From the IMG/VR virus record IMGVR_UViG_3300032225_000849, positions 1 to 40,321 of that record: a DNA stretch of 40,321 bases. One strand, written 5' to 3'. A model generated the notes under the pieces. The model worked only from the letters and a program-made list of their open reading frames with translations, searched no databases and was not told the origin of the DNA. Shown here in pieces: positions 1 through 9,991 of the stretch. The DNA comes from a virus (taxonomy: Duplodnaviria; Caudoviricetes). Position numbers and translations under genes: made by a program. Each line of letters starts with the position of its first letter. Positions within the stretch are counted from its first letter, which is position 1.

Positions 1-73
1 AGAAGGACCCTACCGTACAAGCCATTGGTATCCGTGGCCATATCAACGGTGCTCGTGCTGACCTCATCATCAT
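1..73. repeat. Terminal direct repeat (circular assembly overlap), copy 1
   Basis: 1-73 equals 40249-40321 except one base (A45 vs T40293); lies inside the terminase reading frame. Confidence 0.97.
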
Positions 74-1211
74 GGATGACTGTGATGACCATACCAACGC
101 CCATGAGTATGAAAAGCAGATTGACTGGATTCAATCAGAAGTTATGTCTCGTATTGATAACGATGGCGGAAAACTTCTTGTAGTTGGAACCCGTCTGCGC
201 CCACGAGATTTGTACTCTGAATTGCGCGACCCTATGCGCTACCCCGATGAGACATCCCCATGGACTTACTTTGCTCAACCTGCGGTACTGGAATTTAAAG
301 ATGACCAGAAGGATTGGGTAACTCTCTGGGCTAAGACCAATATGCCACCTGTATCAGGTAAAGGCGTTCCAGATGAGAACGGACTCTATACCAAATGGGA
401 TGGCGAGGCGCTTCATAAAAAGCGTGGGCGTATGTCACCCAACTTGTGGGCAATGGTTTACCAACAGCAACAGGTACACGAAGATTCCGCTTTCCCTGCT
501 GCAGCAATCAAAGGCGTTATTAATGGTTCTCGCAACATTGGTTTGATTCCTAAAGGCAAGGCTGGCAACCGCCATGAAGGTATGGATGGTTTAGTTGTTG
601 TCGCTGGTCTTGACCCCGCTATGTCAGGTTATACCGCTGCCGTTTGTATTGCAGTAGACATAGCAACACAGAAGCGTTATCTGCTAGATGTGTCAAATGT
701 ACCTGGCATGAAGCCAGACGACATCAGAACTCTCATTAAAGACTGGACTGATAAATATAAAATTTCTGAGTGGCGTGTTGAGAAAAATGCATTTCAAGCG
801 ATGTTGACTCAGGACCGTGAGGTGCGGGAATACCTATCGGCTAGAGGTGCAACCCTTAGGGAACACCATACAGGACAAAATAAATGGGACACCGACTTTG
901 GTGTTGCATCTCTAACCACACTTTTCCACGGGTATGAAGAAGGCAATAACCTTATTGAATTTCCTTCAACACATTCATCCGAAGGACTTAAGGCTCTTAT
1001 TGAGCAATTAGTTACTTGGTATCCCGATGCTCCTAAATCTCAAAAGACTGACTGCGTTATGGCTTTCTGGTTTACAGAACTTGCTATCCGTGACCGTATC
1101 AACAGTGCAACAATCTTTGCACGCAACCACAGTAGACAGTCTATGTTCCACACACGCTATGACAAATCACAACAATCAACAATCTCATTATCCGATTTAA
1201 TGACAATCTAA
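3..1211 (+). CDS. terL: Terminase large subunit, C-terminal part (continues from 39594-40321)
   Basis: Walker B (RADLIIMDD), VVGTR coupling motif, RNase H-like nuclease GLDPA...VEKNAFQ...DCVMA; directly upstream of portal; frame continuous across the junction. Confidence 0.93.
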   Translation, partial: KDPTVQAIGIRGHINGARADLIIMDDCDDHTNAHEYEKQIDWIQSEVMSRIDNDGGKLLVVGTRLRPRDLYSELRDPMRYPDETSPWTYFAQPAVLEFKDDQKDWVTLWAKTNMPPVSGKGVPDENGLYTKWDGEALHKKRGRMSPNLWAMVYQQQQVHEDSAFPAAAIKGVINGSRNIGLIPKGKAGNRHEGMDGLVVVAGLDPAMSGYTAAVCIAVDIATQKRYLLDVSNVPGMKPDDIRTLIKDWTDKYKISEWRVEKNAFQAMLTQDREVREYLSARGATLREHHTGQNKWDTDFGVASLTTLFHGYEEGNNLIEFPSTHSSEGLKALIEQLVTWYPDAPKSQKTDCVMAFWFTELAIRDRINSATIFARNHSRQSMFHTRYDKSQQSTISLSDLMTI

Positions 1212-1229
1212 CAAAGGTAGGAGGTGCGT

Positions 1230-3044
1230 ATGGCTCTATCTATTGATGAAATCAAAGATACTTATGACCGTTACCGCCGAATGTATGATGACCGTGACCA
1301 AAGAATGAATCAGGTTCTTTTGGTTCGTCAGGGCAAAATGCGCGATGTCTACCCAGACTTATTTCCAGATGGCCCATTTGAAAATCCTATCGTTGCAAAC
1401 ATGGTTGATATTGCTGCCCGTGACTTGGCAGAAACCATTGCGCCACTGCCTGCTTTTAATTGCAACTCTACCTCCATGGTATCTGAGGCAGTTCGCAAGA
1501 AGGCTGATAAGCGCGAGGAAATTGTTAACGGAATTGTTGACTTCTCTGACCTTCAATCACAGATGTTTGTTGCTGCTGACCGTTATGTAACTTACGGATT
1601 TGTACCAGCACAGGTTGAAATTGATTATGAACAACAGATGCCACGCATCCGCTTTATGGATTCATTAGGTGCATACCCAGTAATTGACCGCTTTGGCCGT
1701 TGCACAATGTTCTTCCAGCGCATTAACAAGCCAACTCAGGAACTGATGGCTCAGTATCCAGAGATTGCACATTTGATTTATGACAAGAATACCCAGTCAA
1801 CTATGTCTGAGGTTGTGCGTTTCCATGATGCAGACCAGGATGTATTATTTTTACCTCAACGCAGTAACCTAGTTCTTGACCGTGCTACCAACCCAATGGG
1901 TGAATGTATGGTTCGTATTGTACGCCGCCCATCTATTGATGACATGGCACGAGGACAGTTTGACGATGTATTAGCAATTCAAGTTGCTAAGGCTCGTTAT
2001 GCATTACTTTCTTTAGAAGCAGCAACCAAATCAGTACAGGCACCTATTGCGATGCCTCAGGATGTACAGGAGTTAGCCCTTGGACCAGATGCAATTATGC
2101 GTTCCAGTAAGCCTAACGAGATTCGTAGAGTACCGCTTGAACTACCTGCTAATACTTTCCAACAGCAGCATGTTCTTGAAAGCGAATTACGCTTAGGTTC
2201 ACGCTATCCAGAAACTCGCACTGGTAATTCAGATGCTTCTATCATCACAGGCCGTGGTGTTCAGGCTCTTATGGGTGGTTTTGATACACAAATCAAGACA
2301 GCACACTCAATGTTTGCCCGTGCATTTACAGAGTTGATGGCTTTAGCACTTAAGACAGATGAAAAGATTTTTGGTAAGCAAGAAAAAACACTAGAAGGTA
2401 TCTTTAACGGTACTCCGTACAACATTAAATACAAGCCAGCACGAGATATTGATGGCGATTACACAGTTGATGTGCAATACGGACTCATGGCAGGACTTGA
2501 CCCTAACCGTGCGCTAGTCTTTGGCTTGCAGGCTCGTGGAGATAAATTGATTTCACGCGATTTCCTTCGCCGTCAAATGCCATTTAACTTCAATGCAACA
2601 CAAGAAGAAGAAAAAGTTGAAACAGAAGAACTACGCGATGCCATGAAACAGGCTATTGCCTCTTATGCACAAGCAATTCCAGCACTTGCCTCTCAAGGAC
2701 AAGACCCATCAGACATTTTGATGAAACTTTCTACCGTAATTAGTGAACGCCAAAAAGGAACAGCGATTGAAATTGCTATTCAAAAGGCGTGGACTCCACA
2801 GAATCCCCCACCTGCTGCTACCCCTGCAGAAGTAAGTCCTCAAATGGGGCAACCAGGTGCGGTTCCAGCAGGTGCGGGGCAAGAACTACCTAGAGGATTA
2901 GCGCCTACGGGTCGTATGCAAGGTGTTGCAGCAGGACAAATTGCGCCAGGCGGCAGACCAGATATTCAATCGTTACTTGCATCTCTTGGTGCTCGTGGCG
3001 AACCTAACCTACAAGCAACTGTCGCACGGCGACAACCTATTTAA
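1230..3044 (+). CDS. Portal (head-tail connector) protein
   Basis: ~604 aa immediately after TerL, helical, P/Q/G-rich C-terminal tail typical of podoviral portals; AGGAGG RBS favours ATG 1230. Confidence 0.85.
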   Translation: MALSIDEIKDTYDRYRRMYDDRDQRMNQVLLVRQGKMRDVYPDLFPDGPFENPIVANMVDIAARDLAETIAPLPAFNCNSTSMVSEAVRKKADKREEIVNGIVDFSDLQSQMFVAADRYVTYGFVPAQVEIDYEQQMPRIRFMDSLGAYPVIDRFGRCTMFFQRINKPTQELMAQYPEIAHLIYDKNTQSTMSEVVRFHDADQDVLFLPQRSNLVLDRATNPMGECMVRIVRRPSIDDMARGQFDDVLAIQVAKARYALLSLEAATKSVQAPIAMPQDVQELALGPDAIMRSSKPNEIRRVPLELPANTFQQQHVLESELRLGSRYPETRTGNSDASIITGRGVQALMGGFDTQIKTAHSMFARAFTELMALALKTDEKIFGKQEKTLEGIFNGTPYNIKYKPARDIDGDYTVDVQYGLMAGLDPNRALVFGLQARGDKLISRDFLRRQMPFNFNATQEEEKVETEELRDAMKQAIASYAQAIPALASQGQDPSDILMKLSTVISERQKGTAIEIAIQKAWTPQNPPPAATPAEVSPQMGQPGAVPAGAGQELPRGLAPTGRMQGVAAGQIAPGGRPDIQSLLASLGARGEPNLQATVARRQPI

Positions 3045-3061
3045 GGGGAGGAGGAAAAACC

Positions 3062-3250
3062 ATGGCATTTGGACATCCAGTAAAGCCAAAGAACCAACCT
3101 GGCAAAGGCTCAAAGCCAGCCAATCAGGGTTCAGCAGGTAAGCCAAACATTGCTCAGCCAGTTAAGACAGGCGCGCCTAAGGGTGGTAAGCCTAAGGCAT
3201 CAGTAACAATGTTTACAAAGCAACCATCAGGTACACGCGGTTCAAAGTAA
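3062..3250 (+). CDS. Small K/P/G-rich basic protein
   Basis: Strong GGAGGAGG RBS; 62 aa, no acidic residues. Confidence 0.75.
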   Translation: MAFGHPVKPKNQPGKGSKPANQGSAGKPNIAQPVKTGAPKGGKPKASVTMFTKQPSGTRGSK

Positions 3251-3255
3251 TTCTT

Positions 3256-3283
3256 AATCCTGAGCATGATTTAAAACTGCTCA
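3256..3283 (+). ncRNA. Compact H-type pseudoknot (putative cis-element)
   Basis: S1 AATC(3256-59)/GATT(3268-71); S2 TGAGCA(3261-66)/TGCTCA(3278-83); 1-nt L1, A-rich L3; intergenic. Confidence 0.55.
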
Positions 3284-3316
3284 CCACAATACCGCTCTTA
3301 TAGCGAAGGATAAATC

Positions 3317-3769
3317 ATGGCAGAAGCAGCAGCAAACAATTTCAAGGTATCCGCAACAGGCGGAGCAGGCACAGCAGGACAACCAGCACAATATGTTGCA
3401 GGTATTGATAATGCGCAAGATTTTCAAGAATTAGAGTCATCTGCAAAGATGAACAAGTCAGGTGTATCGCTCCCTCAGGGTCGTAGCGGTGGAGCACCTG
3501 TAATGGATATGGGAGAAAAGCGCACTCCCCTTAGCGAACTTAAAGGCACTGACCCAAATGCAGTTACTGCTGGCGCTGCCAAAGATTCATCAACACCAGG
3601 ACCAGAAGTTCTAGCATCAACTGCAGGACTCGCTGCGCAATCAAATGAAGATATTGCAAAACTTGCAGCCTTGCTTCCTATTTATGCCCAGATTGCAGAA
3701 ATGCCAAATGCAAGCAATGCAACTCGCAACTATTACCGTTGGCTTAGAACTCAGGTAACAACAGGATGA
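3317..3769 (+). CDS. Hypothetical virion-associated protein
   Basis: 150 aa, AAGGA RBS, stop overlaps next start (ATGA). Confidence 0.75.
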   Translation: MAEAAANNFKVSATGGAGTAGQPAQYVAGIDNAQDFQELESSAKMNKSGVSLPQGRSGGAPVMDMGEKRTPLSELKGTDPNAVTAGAAKDSSTPGPEVLASTAGLAAQSNEDIAKLAALLPIYAQIAEMPNASNATRNYYRWLRTQVTTG

Positions 3770-6700
3770 GTTGGTTTGACTCGCTTGGTAAGATGGCTAA
3801 ATCTGCAGCAGACTTTACTGGTGTTGCAGGTCTTTACCATGATTTATCTACATCAATGTCCAATGATGACCCTTGGTATGTTGATAGTTTAAATGTTGTT
3901 AAAGACATTGGTAAAATTGGAACTACTCCAATTCGTGGTGTTGTTAAAGGCGTACTTGCTGCGGGTGAAGAATCCTACAAAATAGGTGGCGTTGCTCGTC
4001 AGGCTCTTGAAAAGGGAATCCTTGATACCCCTTTTATGTACAACAAATTTAAAAATACAGGCGAATCTTATGATGATTACAAGATGCGCGTTGAAGCAAA
4101 TAAAGACCAGATTTCTGTAGGCCAAGCAACTCTTTCACTTCTATCACCTGGCAAAAACTCTGGTGAAAGAAGCGGATTCTTTCAAGACTGGACAGATAAT
4201 AACCTGCGCTTTATGTCTGCTGGCTTTGACTTGTTCAATCCAGATGACCGCAAGGCTGCTTTCCAAGACCAGTACACAGGTAAATTCATATCTGGTATGG
4301 AAGATACAGTTGCCTCTACTGTTATTGACCCACTGACATTTACTGGATTCCTTGGTAAAGGTGCAGTGATTGCATCAAAGGCAACAATGCTTGACCAAAT
4401 TAATGGTCGTGTTGCTCGTGCTGTATTTGGTAAGTTTGCAATGACACCTGAAAAGGTTAATGAAATTGTTGCTCAAGGTGTTAAAGGCGAAGGCGCTGCT
4501 GCTAAAGATTTGCAGTACTTGGCAGAGACAGATGCTGCTGAACAAGCAGGTTACTGGGCAAAGAAAAAAGTTACTAACCCAGATGCCATGGCATTTCTTT
4601 TTGGTCGCGCTAAAACTGTTGAAGAAGTTGGCGATGTATTTAATGCTATTACTGGCAAGAATACAAAGGCTATGGCTGCCCTTGCAGAGCGTGACCCACA
4701 AACTGGTTTAGTTCTTGAGAAGTTCTTAGATGGTCCTTCACATGCAGAGCGCCAGTTACTTGATGGAAAACTTCAAGGTGACATTCTTGTATCAGATGAA
4801 CATAACGCTGCTATAGCCGATTATGTAACAGATTTAATTAAGACAGATACTCGCTATGCAATGGCATTAGATAAAGTTGCTACTGGTGGTACTCAACTTA
4901 AGTATGGATTTGAACGCGGTTTTGCTAAAGGTGCATCAATTAAGGCTGGCCAAAAGGCTGCAGCCCGTACATTTGGTGAACCAATTATTGACACTTTCCA
5001 AAAGACAAGCCTTCATCCAGTCATCAAGGTTGTCAATTATTTCCGCGAAGATTTGCCAAGCGGTGTATTCAATGTAAACGATGGTAACTCATACCAAGAG
5101 TTCAATACATTCTTGCGTGAGGTTAATGACCTATCTGGTCGTACTTTTGGTAAAACTGCTCGTGAATTTGCAGACAAGTATCTTGCTTCTGCCAGCGAAG
5201 CAGAACGCATGGATACTATCGTCAAGGCTGAACAAGCAGCAATGGCTCATTTATTCCCACAGTATTCAAAAGATGAAATTGACAAACTATACGGTTTGTT
5301 TGATTCTCGCCGTGCTGGTGCAATTCAAAAACATAAAGACCAGGGATTTATTTCTTACTTTGTAGGCGATACGCTACAACATGCCGTAGCCCCAATTCTT
5401 AATCGTGAAGCAGCAAACACTGTAATCATTGCCGATATGCGTAAACTTAAGTACGCCATTGATGCCCATGAAGGTTCTCTTAAGACATTGCTTTCAGGTC
5501 TTGATACACAGGACTTGGCTTTGCGTGGGCAAAAGGGACTTGCTGCCCTTGATACCGTTAACGATATTTTTAAAACATCCGTGCTTATGCGCCTTGGATA
5601 TACAGTCCGAAATGTGGCTGAGGCTCAACTATCTATGGCAGCCAAGGGCTTTGCCCTTCCAGGCATGTTCCTTGCCAACGGCAAAGAAGGAGCAGCACGC
5701 TTCTTTAATAACCGTAAGACAGGTTTCTCCCGTTTAGGCGACCACATCAATGTGCTTCTTGGTCGGGCTGACGATGCAAATGTACAAGCCGATTCAATCG
5801 CTCGTTACATAGATGCAATTCGCAATGATGATATGACTATTAACCAAACGGTTAAACATATTAATCAACGCCTTAGCGAATTACTTGATAGCGAAAAAGG
5901 TTTTATAGACCGTCAAGGGCCAGCAACCGAAGCGGGCGCAAGACCATTACGCGCCGAAGATGAAGTTAAGATTTTGATGGGTGTGCTTGCAGACCTTCAA
6001 TCAAAAGTTACATACCATGGTTCTCCAACTAAGTTTGCTATAGATGCTTCTCGCCCAATCTCTACCTCTGGCATTAAATCTGTTGCTGATGGTTATGCTA
6101 AGGGTGGCACTTACCACTCAATAAGTGATTATATTCCAACCAAGTCTGGTCGCCCAGGTCGCCTTGGTCAAAAACCAGCACCAGCAAATGCACAAAATTT
6201 TCCAACTGAAAAGCGTGCAGATGTTCTTAACGAAGCCATGCTCAAACTGCAATCAGATATGATTGATGCGGTTAATGCTGGTCGCAAAGTTGAAGTTAAA
6301 GACTCTGCTGGAAGTTGGAAAAAAGTAAAGTCTATTAATTATGAGACACTTGTTCTTGCATCTGAAACAGATGAAGATGAGGTAGTCCTTTTTAAAAATT
6401 GGTCCCATCGCCCAGTATTCCGTGTTAATGCTAACAAGGGCAAGACGGCACAAATTCGTTCTTATGGTAAGACTTTAACTCTTACTAAGAAAAGCATGAC
6501 AGATGTTGAGGCTGCAAGAAAACCTGGCACACCTTTTACCGCCGAAGAAACTGTTGGCTCATGGAAACTTTTACCAGAAGAACTTAAGACAGAAGTATTT
6601 GCTGGCAAAGTTTCTAACTTTAATACCTGGCTTAAGACCAAAGGTTGGCAGAATTCAGACGATGCAGTTACTCGTTGGGCTACAGATAATGGCTACGGAA

Positions 6701-9588
6701 GCCTACTTGTAAGCGATGACAAGCGTGCTGCTGGTCAAAGCCATATCATTCTTCCTGGCTCCATTGGCAAAGCAGGGCGTGCTCGTCAAGTAAAGCAATA
6801 CATTAATTCCATTAGAGAAGGCAACTTGCCTCAGGCTATGGCTGATGTTGCTGTTGATTTTGAAGCAGCCAACATGACTCCTAAGGAACGCCGTCTTGCA
6901 AGCCGTGCTTCACGCAAGAGTGCACGCTCAGGTATTAAAGATAATGCTGTATCTCCTTACTACCTCAAAGATGGTATTCAGGCCATGGTTAATAATGGCA
7001 TTGAAGATTTTGGTCTTAACATGGCACGCAGCAAGGCAGAGAACTTGCAGGCTATGGATGATGCTGTTGCCCGTATGGGTGCTCGTGTTGATGTGGCCGA
7101 AACAAATGCTGTTAAGCAACGCATTGGTTACGGATATAACGAGGTTACTGCTGGTGGTGTCAAGTACACAGTGCCTAAAGTATTTCAAGATGCATCATGG
7201 CACATGGGCCGTACATCTGCAGAAGGCACTTGGAACAACCAAGTATCTAACCAAGAAATGGCTTTCCTTACTGGCATTGGTTCACGCAGCGTGCGCCTTA
7301 TCCAACCTAACGACCCTAAGTATTTTGAGGGTTGGTCAAACATTCTTAACATGCACTTCCGTGACCCTGAGACAGGTGTAATGGATGCTGTTGTCCGTCA
7401 GATTCTTGATAAGAAGTCTGATAGCGATATTCTAAAATGGTTCCACACTCGTGAGGGACAGGCTTACGCCAACGCGACATACACTCAGCCTGGCAAGTAT
7501 TTTAGTTTCCACAAAGTATCTACTGGCGAATTAGATGAAAAGTTAATGGAAAGACTTAACATGACTCGTGGAGCGGTTAAGGCTTATATTCCAGATGCTG
7601 AGACAGAACTTATGCTTAGCAGCGCAAAGCCAGATGGTAAGCCACTATCAGGTGGCGAGATTCAAAAGTTCCTTACAGAGCGTTTCTCATCTACACCTGA
7701 AAAGTTAAACCCAATTAATGGTTTGCTTGTTGTAACCTCTAAGGAATACAAAGACCAAGAGCGCCTTATTGACACACTCAATCGCCGTGTTATGCGCTTC
7801 CTTGGTTCACTTCCAGAAGATGTATTTGCTCGTCACCCACTGGCATCTGCCATGTATGACAAGCAACTTAAGAATAACCTTGAGGCTATTGCGCGAGTTA
7901 AGGGTTCAGAAAAACTTACAACCAATGAAATCAACCGAGCCATAACCCACGCTCGTGAGACTTCACGCCAAGAAGTTGAAAAGACTTTGTTCACTATTGT
8001 TCGCCGTAGTGGTGCATCATCTAGCCGTGTAGTTAAGTTGCTGTTTCCATTCTATGCAGCCTACGAAAATACACTTCGCCGTTGGGGTGGCATGGCAATG
8101 GAGGACCCATCGCTTATTGCTACTGCTGGTCGTACAGTGGCACAGGTTGTACATGGTCAAACTATTATTGACCAAGATGGCAACCGCATAACAGATGCAA
8201 ACAAGTTGCAAGGTGGAATGACATCTAACCTTGTAGTGCGTGTGCCACAAGGATTCATTGATTCGCTACCAAAATCATGGCGCGGAATTGTTCAGGACTC
8301 ATTTAAGAACATTAACATTCCTCTTAGCAGCCTTGATGTTATTACACAGGGCCAGCCAGGAAACCCAGGCGTTGGTCCAATGGCAGTTCTTCCAGCATAC
8401 TTAGTGCTTAGAGAACGCCCAGAATTAGAAGATGCACTCAAGGTATTTTTCCCAGCAGGTATGCCACAGAAAACATCTGACCTATTCTTGCCAAGCGCGC
8501 TGCGCCGTTTAAGTACTGTGTGGAGCAAAGATGACCTGTATGTTCGCTCATACAATCAAATGCTTCGCTATGAAACATATAACTTTAACCAAGGCAAGCG
8601 CACAACTGCACCAACTGTAAAAGAAATTACAGATAGAACTAACAGATTCTTCTTCCTTCGTGCGTTAACTTCTATTTCAGCACCATTTGCCGTGGCTCCT
8701 GAGGTTGATTTCTATGCTCAAACATACCGTCAATTTCAGCAGCAATACGCTGACTACCGCGACCCACAGACTGGCGAGCGCGTACTTGGAATGGCCGATG
8801 CTAAGTTCCTTCAAATGTACCCAGATTTCTTTGAGGCAACTATTAGTCAATCAAAGAATGAAGGTGGCTTAGAGCCAAGCATTGGCACAGTGCGTAACCT
8901 TCGTAAGTTCTCAAACCTTATGGCTAAGGCTCAGAGTTCAGGTGACCCAGAACTTCTGGGCTTCCTTGCTAACGATGGTGATAACCAGTACACATTCTCA
9001 CAGGCTGCATACCAATGGCAGTACAAACATGGTGCAACTCCTGGCTCTGGCAGTACTTATCGTCAAAACCGTACAGCCAATGAACTTCTTATTGAAGCCA
9101 ATGTTAAGCGTGGGTGGACAGAGTTCCAAGACTTGATGGGACAAATCAGTGCATACCAAAAGCAAAACGGTATCACTGACCCTAAAGACCCAAACATGGC
9201 AATGATTAAGCAAGCAAAAGCGCTATGGATTGACCAAATGAAAACAGCAAACCTTGACTGGTACTCAGCCTATGTGTCTCCAGATAAGGCAAAGTATGAA
9301 CGCCGTGCTCAACTTCTTGAGACAGCGTTTAAAGATAAAAAGTGGATGGCTCAGAACGGCAACCGCGCCGTTGTAAAGCAAGCCCTTGTTTATCTTGACG
9401 GTCGCAAACAGATTGCTGCAATTCTCAATGACCGTGATGCAGCAGGCGGTTCAGCAAGTTTAAGTGCTCAAAGCAACGCAGATGTTGCTTCTGTATACCA
9501 GGCGTTCGTAGATGAACTTACCAATGGTAGTCCAGAGTTTGAACAATTTATTAATCGTTACTTCGCAAATGATTCGGTGGTGCTCTAG
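3766..9588 (+). CDS. Large internal virion/ejection protein with a probable ADP-ribosyltransferase-like insert
   Basis: 1940 aa mainly helical protein in the head module; YHGS...STS..A..YA...GYG motifs at about 6004-6770. Confidence 0.7.
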   Translation: MSWFDSLGKMAKSAADFTGVAGLYHDLSTSMSNDDPWYVDSLNVVKDIGKIGTTPIRGVVKGVLAAGEESYKIGGVARQALEKGILDTPFMYNKFKNTGESYDDYKMRVEANKDQISVGQATLSLLSPGKNSGERSGFFQDWTDNNLRFMSAGFDLFNPDDRKAAFQDQYTGKFISGMEDTVASTVIDPLTFTGFLGKGAVIASKATMLDQINGRVARAVFGKFAMTPEKVNEIVAQGVKGEGAAAKDLQYLAETDAAEQAGYWAKKKVTNPDAMAFLFGRAKTVEEVGDVFNAITGKNTKAMAALAERDPQTGLVLEKFLDGPSHAERQLLDGKLQGDILVSDEHNAAIADYVTDLIKTDTRYAMALDKVATGGTQLKYGFERGFAKGASIKAGQKAAARTFGEPIIDTFQKTSLHPVIKVVNYFREDLPSGVFNVNDGNSYQEFNTFLREVNDLSGRTFGKTAREFADKYLASASEAERMDTIVKAEQAAMAHLFPQYSKDEIDKLYGLFDSRRAGAIQKHKDQGFISYFVGDTLQHAVAPILNREAANTVIIADMRKLKYAIDAHEGSLKTLLSGLDTQDLALRGQKGLAALDTVNDIFKTSVLMRLGYTVRNVAEAQLSMAAKGFALPGMFLANGKEGAARFFNNRKTGFSRLGDHINVLLGRADDANVQADSIARYIDAIRNDDMTINQTVKHINQRLSELLDSEKGFIDRQGPATEAGARPLRAEDEVKILMGVLADLQSKVTYHGSPTKFAIDASRPISTSGIKSVADGYAKGGTYHSISDYIPTKSGRPGRLGQKPAPANAQNFPTEKRADVLNEAMLKLQSDMIDAVNAGRKVEVKDSAGSWKKVKSINYETLVLASETDEDEVVLFKNWSHRPVFRVNANKGKTAQIRSYGKTLTLTKKSMTDVEAARKPGTPFTAEETVGSWKLLPEELKTEVFAGKVSNFNTWLKTKGWQNSDDAVTRWATDNGYGSLLVSDDKRAAGQSHIILPGSIGKAGRARQVKQYINSIREGNLPQAMADVAVDFEAANMTPKERRLASRASRKSARSGIKDNAVSPYYLKDGIQAMVNNGIEDFGLNMARSKAENLQAMDDAVARMGARVDVAETNAVKQRIGYGYNEVTAGGVKYTVPKVFQDASWHMGRTSAEGTWNNQVSNQEMAFLTGIGSRSVRLIQPNDPKYFEGWSNILNMHFRDPETGVMDAVVRQILDKKSDSDILKWFHTREGQAYANATYTQPGKYFSFHKVSTGELDEKLMERLNMTRGAVKAYIPDAETELMLSSAKPDGKPLSGGEIQKFLTERFSSTPEKLNPINGLLVVTSKEYKDQERLIDTLNRRVMRFLGSLPEDVFARHPLASAMYDKQLKNNLEAIARVKGSEKLTTNEINRAITHARETSRQEVEKTLFTIVRRSGASSSRVVKLLFPFYAAYENTLRRWGGMAMEDPSLIATAGRTVAQVVHGQTIIDQDGNRITDANKLQGGMTSNLVVRVPQGFIDSLPKSWRGIVQDSFKNINIPLSSLDVITQGQPGNPGVGPMAVLPAYLVLRERPELEDALKVFFPAGMPQKTSDLFLPSALRRLSTVWSKDDLYVRSYNQMLRYETYNFNQGKRTTAPTVKEITDRTNRFFFLRALTSISAPFAVAPEVDFYAQTYRQFQQQYADYRDPQTGERVLGMADAKFLQMYPDFFEATISQSKNEGGLEPSIGTVRNLRKFSNLMAKAQSSGDPELLGFLANDGDNQYTFSQAAYQWQYKHGATPGSGSTYRQNRTANELLIEANVKRGWTEFQDLMGQISAYQKQNGITDPKDPNMAMIKQAKALWIDQMKTANLDWYSAYVSPDKAKYERRAQLLETAFKDKKWMAQNGNRAVVKQALVYLDGRKQIAAILNDRDAAGGSASLSAQSNADVASVYQAFVDELTNGSPEFEQFINRYFANDSVVL

Positions 9589-9989
9589 TGGGAACTCCTA
9601 TACAAAATGGTGCAGCAGCAATGGGTGCTAAATCCACTGCTCCAGCAGCAACATCTAGTAAAGTTGACTTAGCAGCATTGTTTGCTGCTGTTAAAGCCCA
9701 AGGTGGCGGGGTTGCCACAGGCGGAGCGGTCTATACAAAGCAAGAAGCAGATGCCGAAGCACAGGCTGTCTATCAACAAATGCTTGGGCGCAATGCTACA
9801 GGTAATGATTACTCAAAGGCAATCAGTTTACTTATGTCTCAGTCATCAGATACCAGTGCCGCTGGTCGCCAACAGGCCCTTAGCAGTGCAATTATGAATT
9901 CACCTGAGTATAAAATAAAGCAAGATAACAAGTACCTTGAGGCCATATATCAGTCAGTGGCTAATAGTGTCAGAAATGCGCAGGCTTAA
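9588..9989 (+). CDS. Hypothetical, probable internal virion protein
   Basis: 133 aa, GTG start coupled to previous stop; 'YQQMLGRNAT' helical motif. Confidence 0.65.
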   Translation: MGTPIQNGAAAMGAKSTAPAATSSKVDLAALFAAVKAQGGGVATGGAVYTKQEADAEAQAVYQQMLGRNATGNDYSKAISLLMSQSSDTSAAGRQQALSSAIMNSPEYKIKQDNKYLEAIYQSVANSVRNAQA

Positions 9990-9991
9990 CT

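Noticed and set aside
1-73. Biological terminal repeat or att site
   Set aside because: It lies mid-terminase and most simply reflects assembly circularisation; the single mismatch is likely an end-of-contig error or a variant
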